Positions 16,093 through 20,000 of a stretch of 20,000 nucleotides of DNA are shown here, in pieces (the stretch's first letter is position 1; each line of letters starts with the position of its first letter). A program made the translations under genes and the position numbers. Source of the DNA: an uncultured virus (IMG/VR IMGVR_UViG_3300027804_000061) (Duplodnaviria > Heunggongvirae > Uroviricota > Caudoviricetes); IMG/VR virus record IMGVR_UViG_3300027804_000061. One strand, given 5' to 3'. Under the pieces are notes generated by a model. It worked only from the letters and a program-made list of their open reading frames with translations, was not told the DNA's origin and did no database searches.

Positions 16093-16431
16093 TTATTGTT
16101 CTCTCCAGATGACGTCCTGTTTCCAGTGCAGGCCGCAGCTTTTGCAGCTTCCCTTGTTTTCATTGGACTTGCGGTCTAGTTCTTCATCGCAGTCCGGGCA
16201 ATACAAAAACGGCCTGCTGAACCGCAGCACATGCGCGTCCAGTTTTGTCCACGGCTGCGCGTCTTTCCAGTCTGGCGGAACGCAATACACAGCCAGCCTG
16301 TCGTTGTTCAGCACAATTCGAATGGATTCCTGTACGGAAGCAAGTCCGTAAAACACATCGTCGGGTGCGTCTTGAAACATTTCGTGCAGTTCGTCTTCGG
16401 TTTTGCTGGTGTAAACGACATAGGCTTTCAT
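16093..16431 (-). CDS. Zn-ribbon protein (paralogue A)
   Basis: CPDC...GSCKSCGLHW; tightly packed in the operon. Confidence 0.7.
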   Translation of the reverse strand: MKAYVVYTSKTEDELHEMFQDAPDDVFYGLASVQESIRIVLNNDRLAVYCVPPDWKDAQPWTKLDAHVLRFSRPFLYCPDCDEELDRKSNENKGSCKSCGLHWKQDVIWREQ

Positions 16432-16437
16432 ATGAGA

Positions 16438-16722
16438 TTATTCCGTGGGAATCTTGGCCAGTTCGTCCTTGATTTTAGCCAGAATTTCATCCAAAGTTTC
16501 TCTTTCCCGCAGCTTGATGGAATAAATCTTCCAGCTGGATCCCGACGTCCACGGAATATGGTTGAACGCAGAGATCTCATCCAGCGCGTTCGAAAAGCTG
16601 TTCAGGATTTCCTGCAGCTGCATTTCATCCCAGCCGGCCATGCCCATCATCTGGCAGGTGTTGATGGCGGTGTTGTAGATGTCCTGCGCGGAGACCAGAT
16701 ATTCATTTCCAGATTTGATCAT
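16438..16722 (-). CDS. Hypothetical protein (94 aa)
   Basis: ATGA overlap with the upstream gene; AAGGA RBS. Confidence 0.7.
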   Translation of the reverse strand: MIKSGNEYLVSAQDIYNTAINTCQMMGMAGWDEMQLQEILNSFSNALDEISAFNHIPWTSGSSWKIYSIKLRERETLDEILAKIKDELAKIPTE

Positions 16723-17006
16723 GATTGCACTTCCTTGTAGCTGTTCTTGATGTTGTGAATGCGCATGCCGATCTGCATCAGAAGCGCACGGGCGCGTTCC
16801 ATGTCGGCTTCCTTGATTGCGCCGTCGTCCATGGCAATGACCAGATTTGTTTTGAGCGCAAACAGTGTGATGGCTTCCATGCCTACGGACTGGCCCAGCT
16901 TTTCATTGTTGATCAACTCTTCAAACTTGTATTCAAGCTCTGCCAGCTTATTCTTCGCTTTCCGGCTCGTTCCCATCGATTTCGTCATCTTCGTTTTTGT
17001 CGTCAT
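16719..17006 (-). CDS. Hypothetical helical protein (start uncertain)
   Basis: Fills the gap in the operon; several possible Met starts from 17006 downstream. Confidence 0.6.
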   Translation of the reverse strand: MTTKTKMTKSMGTSRKAKNKLAELEYKFEELINNEKLGQSVGMEAITLFALKTNLVIAMDDGAIKEADMERARALLMQIGMRIHNIKNSYKEVQS

Positions 17007-17241
17007 TGATAAACCTTTTGTATTCCAAAAACGTGGCAATCTTTCGAAACAAGCCGTCGTTGTTTGTGTGTTTTGCCCACTGCAGCGCCTGCTCAAGCAA
17101 ATGCATCATGTACACCGACTCGATTTCCCAGCGCAGCGCGTCGGAACTCAGCGACGCCAGGTCAATCTGTAAACTTTTGACTTGCAAGTTGTGCACAAAT
17201 TTCAGCATTGCAATTTCGTCTTCCTGTTTGTTCATAGACAT
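16948..17241 (-). CDS. Hypothetical protein with acidic tail
   Basis: Start MSMNKQ at 17241 or 17235, immediately after a terminator-like hairpin. Confidence 0.6.
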   Translation of the reverse strand: MSMNKQEDEIAMLKFVHNLQVKSLQIDLASLSSDALRWEIESVYMMHLLEQALQWAKHTNNDGLFRKIATFLEYKRFINDDKNEDDEIDGNEPESEE

Positions 17242-17242
17242 C

Positions 17243-17269
17243 AAAAAACCGCCGCTTTTTGGGCGGCGG
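17243..17269 (-). terminator. Intra-operon intrinsic terminator
   Basis: Minus strand CCGCCGC-CCAAAAA-GCGGCGG-TTTTTT. Confidence 0.75.
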
Positions 17270-17283
17270 CTTGAACGCAAACG

Positions 17284-17490
17284 CTAAATCAGTTCTTTCA
17301 TCTTAAGAAGGATTCTGCTGCCCTCGTGACAGCCTTCTTCTATCAGCTCTTCTTCGATGATGAACTGAATGATGACCGACAGCTTGTCGTCAATCTTCTT
17401 AAGCATTGCCATTTCCATCTCCATGTGAGCCCGTGTTTCCGCAAGCTCTTGGAGTTCAGAGACCGCCATTTTGCTGACATCTTTACTCAT
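17284..17490 (-). CDS. Hypothetical protein (68 aa)
   Basis: Helical, charged ORF in operon context. Confidence 0.65.
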   Translation of the reverse strand: MSKDVSKMAVSELQELAETRAHMEMEMAMLKKIDDKLSVIIQFIIEEELIEEGCHEGSRILLKMKELI

Positions 17491-17502
17491 GATGACAGCA
17501 TT

Positions 17503-17628
17503 TTAATTGTCTTCTTCTTTTTGACGAATCATCAAAATGATTAACAAAATCATGATGCCAAGCGGCGGAAAAACAAGACAAATAAAAACGGCAAGAACCG
17601 CAAAAAAATTTATCAAAAACTCTTTCAT
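17503..17628 (-). CDS. Small membrane protein (41 aa, helical hairpin)
   Basis: MKEFLINFFAVLAVFICLVFPPLGIMILLIILMIRQKEEDN; ATGA-coupled to the ERF gene. Confidence 0.65.
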   Translation of the reverse strand: MKEFLINFFAVLAVFICLVFPPLGIMILLIILMIRQKEEDN

Positions 17629-18272
17629 ATTACTTTTATGCCTGCAGCTTCTGCTACAGCAGCAAATCCTTTGGTGCGCAGCGGTTCCATTTGCTTGCGT
17701 ATGCCTTTGGCATCCACAATGGCCCACAGCGCCGCCCAGTCATTGTTGCGCACGCCGTCTGTGCCCGCAGTTGTTTCAGAAGCTGCTGGTCGAGGCGCAG
17801 CAACACGCGGAGCGGCAATTGCTTCGTGCCCGCTGGCCAGGTTGCCGTCGTCGTCCACGTCGCCGGTGGTGATGCCCAGCGCCGCCTGCAGGCCGTAGCG
17901 GCGAGCGTAGCTGCTGGCGCTGCCCCATGCCTGCGGAGTCACTGCGCCGTTCTTGTCCGGCATGGCGTCCAGCGGGAAATAGTTTTCCAGCCACTGTCCG
18001 CTCTTGTGCATGATGCGGGTTGCCAGCACCATCCGAGATGCCATGCGCATGCCGTCTTCCTTCTGATCCCATGCGTCATACAGCGTGCCGCCCTGCGAAA
18101 ACGACAGCCCAAGCTCCAGCAAATGCGGGCGGATGCTGTCCACCACGTCTTCCAGCGGCGTGTATTTGCTCTTGAAAAACGGATTGCTGGCGCTCTTGTC
18201 TACCGTGCGCATGCGGCTCTGCAGTTCGCTGAGCGCGGACGCCAGCTGGTCAATCTGTTCACTCTGCTTCAT
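17625..18272 (-). CDS. erf: ERF-family single-strand annealing protein
   Basis: SEQIDQLASAL...K...NPFFKSKY..LEDV, GLSFSQ, HKSGQWL, PQAWGSASSYARRYGL.A.LGI, DDDGN. Confidence 0.93.
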   Translation of the reverse strand: MKQSEQIDQLASALSELQSRMRTVDKSASNPFFKSKYTPLEDVVDSIRPHLLELGLSFSQGGTLYDAWDQKEDGMRMASRMVLATRIMHKSGQWLENYFPLDAMPDKNGAVTPQAWGSASSYARRYGLQAALGITTGDVDDDGNLASGHEAIAAPRVAAPRPAASETTAGTDGVRNNDWAALWAIVDAKGIRKQMEPLRTKGFAAVAEAAGIKVI

Positions 18273-18606
18273 AAATCATTTGCTCCAATGGCTCTCGCCA
18301 ATTGACGGAATCCAGAAACGCCTGAATGCGTTCCTGTCCGTAATGCGCCACCAGATACTTTCGGGCGGCGTATTTCACTTTGCGGGGAAGGTTCAGGTTC
18401 TGCTCGGCGGACAGCATCACCATGTTTTCTTCTACAAAAATCTTGACGCGATCTTCCGGAAGGCGCTGCTGCACGCTGGCTCTTGAGATCAATGCTTCGT
18501 GGCAATGCTCTGCCGGAAGACGGTGTTCCGGATTGTGCCTGGGATCCAGGATGTGAAATCCCTGGGAGTCCACAACAGACCACGGATCTCTACGCATCAC
18601 TTTCAT
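18259..18606 (-). CDS. Hypothetical protein, possibly a degenerate HNH/NinG-like fold
   Basis: Likely start at 18606 or 18597; HCHEALISR...EENMVML pattern; adjacent to erf. Confidence 0.5.
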   Translation of the reverse strand: MKVMRRDPWSVVDSQGFHILDPRHNPEHRLPAEHCHEALISRASVQQRLPEDRVKIFVEENMVMLSAEQNLNLPRKVKYAARKYLVAHYGQERIQAFLDSVNWREPLEQMIYEAE

Positions 18607-18880
18607 TCTCTCGATTTCGCGGAGGGATCCAGTCGCAGATTTCGGCAAGGGCGTTGATTTCTCCTTGCGTGAGTTCTTTGAACGACGCGACTTGCCTGCG
18701 GAGGAGGTTGCCGGCAAATCGGAGTCGGACTTTTTTGTTTTTTCCGACGCGGCTTTCCCATTTCTGCGCCAGGGCTTTCGGCGTAACCCTTGTTTCCTTT
18801 CCATGACTTTTTAAGTAACTTACAGCGGCAGTCAGCCATTCCGGTGGATTTTCAAGATTGCTCGTTGTAACCGTACGCAT
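18590..18880 (-). CDS. Hypothetical basic protein (96 aa)
   Basis: GGAGGA RBS before ATG 18880. Confidence 0.65.
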   Translation of the reverse strand: MRTVTTSNLENPPEWLTAAVSYLKSHGKETRVTPKALAQKWESRVGKNKKVRLRFAGNLLRRQVASFKELTQGEINALAEICDWIPPRNRENESDA

Positions 18881-19094
18881 TTCCTCCAGCAAAAATCACC
18901 TCCGTATTTTCAATGGCAAACACATTTTCTTCTTCGTATTCAGGAAACACGTCAAACACGTTGCTTCCGTATACGTAGATATCCGTCAGGCCGTTGAACA
19001 CAAACACTTCTTCTTTTGGATAATTTAAATACGGTTTGAGAAAAACAAACCGATCTCCCGGCATCAATTCTTTTAGCAAAATCTTTCTGGTCAT
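18852..19094 (-). CDS. Hypothetical protein (80 aa)
   Basis: GGAGGA RBS; ATGA overlap with the primase stop. Confidence 0.7.
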   Translation of the reverse strand: MTRKILLKELMPGDRFVFLKPYLNYPKEEVFVFNGLTDIYVYGSNVFDVFPEYEEENVFAIENTEVIFAGGNAYGYNEQS

Positions 19095-20000
19095 TTTTCC
19101 TCCAAAACGGGCATCAAATTGAGCAGCGCTACCAGCTCCAGCGTGCGGCGCTCCGGACTGATGGTGCGCAGCCACTCCCCCATGTCCTTATATCCTTCCG
19201 GAGCGCGCACGATTTGTCCCTTTCCAATGTCATGTCTGCGGGACAGCGCAATCAACTCTCCCGCGTTGTCATTTTGTGCAATGACGTAAACGGCAGGAAT
19301 GTGCCTGATGTGCTTCATCCATTCAGGACGCCATGCCATGCTGGAATTGTTGCCGCTGAATGGACAAATGGTAGGGAATCCATGCTGTGTCAGCAGCATG
19401 GTGTCAATCTCTCCTTCGTCAATCAGGACAAAAGGGATATCCATACGCGCGGCAGCGCTGTTGAACACCACGTTGTTGACGCCTCCCTTTTCAGAGATGT
19501 ATTTGGCATACGGTTTTTCCTGTTGCTTAAAACCAATCTCCCGCACCGGGTCAATTCGGTATTTAACGCCGTACAGCTTGCCGTCTACAAAACAAGGGAT
19601 GGCATAGCGATGATATTTTTGATGATATCCAAGCCGGTATTTTTGAATGGTGTGCAGGGAAAGACCGCGATTGATAAAGAAAGATTCCCGGTTATGCAGA
19701 TCTTTTTCCAGCTGTTCTACAAGCCCTTCAGCAATAACCGGCTCTCTGTTTTCATACGCTTTTGTGTAACGTCTACGCTCCACAATTTTTTCTTGTGGAG
19801 TCTCGATTTTTGCCCACGCTCCACAAAATCGGCACCATACATGAGGAGGACTTTTCCGTTCAGAAAAGTCAATCACCATCCGGTCCCCAAAAGTCTTCCC
19901 GTCGTTCGGGCACTGCGCGTGAAACTCCTCCCCCGCTCTTCTCAGGTGTCTCCACTCGGTCCACTGGCGCGGGTTGAGCGGGGGGCCGATTTGGCAGTTC
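19091..20000 (-). CDS. DnaG-type phage primase (Zn finger + TOPRIM), 5'-truncated by the window
   Basis: The frame stays open to the window edge (...LRRAGEEFHAQCPND...DRM...WCRFCG). Motifs RGLS..TI..Y.LGY, YAIP, GVKYR, KY, EGEID, QND.AG, KDMGEW. Confidence 0.88.
   Translation of the reverse strand, partial: NCQIGPPLNPRQWTEWRHLRRAGEEFHAQCPNDGKTFGDRMVIDFSERKSPPHVWCRFCGAWAKIETPQEKIVERRRYTKAYENREPVIAEGLVEQLEKDLHNRESFFINRGLSLHTIQKYRLGYHQKYHRYAIPCFVDGKLYGVKYRIDPVREIGFKQQEKPYAKYISEKGGVNNVVFNSAAARMDIPFVLIDEGEIDTMLLTQHGFPTICPFSGNNSSMAWRPEWMKHIRHIPAVYVIAQNDNAGELIALSRRHDIGKGQIVRAPEGYKDMGEWLRTISPERRTLELVALLNLMPVLEEK

Noticed and set aside
8606..17235. Identical 16-mer CTTCCTGTTTGTTCAT at 8606 and 17220 (both encode MNKQE at gene starts)
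   Set aside because: Similarity does not extend in DNA or protein. It is best treated as chance or start-region bias, not an att site or mobile-element end.
1..20000. Stop-codon reassignment
   Set aside because: TAA, TAG and TGA all end recognisable genes at expected positions, and coding density is high under the standard code.
1..20000. CRISPR array, tRNA/rRNA, IS element, intron or invertible tail cassette
   Set aside because: I saw no spaced repeats, cloverleaf, transposase, invertase or split genes; all intergenic gaps are under about 140 nt.

Overview
This window is a 20 kb slice of a tailed dsDNA phage or prophage in the standard genetic code. I saw no integrase, CRISPR array, tRNA/rRNA or reverse transcriptase. 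Plus strand (late genes): the 3' part of a giant tail protein (open from before base 1 to 5056), a mosaic 1034-aa tail spike/fibre, a small tail-adjacent gene and a dispersed, non-canonical lysis module. That module comprises an SH3b + TIM-barrel glycoside-hydrolase-like protein, an SH3b + C39-like cysteine peptidase, a TM/coiled-coil protein, an HTH-metallophosphoesterase and an LL-H-type holin. Two minus-strand cassettes interrupt the late arm: 8160-10279 (includes dCTP deaminase) and 13936-14936 (includes a Pro/Thr-stalked membrane protein). Plus-strand expression appears to restart from -10 boxes 7-10 nt before start codons that lack an RBS (leaderless architecture). From 15464 to the end is a minus-strand early/replication arm: small hypotheticals, two tandem Zn-ribbon paralogues, an ERF-family annealase and a Zn-finger/TOPRIM primase with a QND in place of the DxD motif. 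The best candidates for new biology are a promoter + hairpin + terminator unit (~70-nt sRNA or 8-aa peptide) between the two lysin genes, the lysis module itself, and a repeat/palindrome element with an antisense promoter at the 3' end of dcd. A Chloroflexota- or actinobacteria-like host is my inference only. All product calls come from motif recognition by eye; no database search was run.
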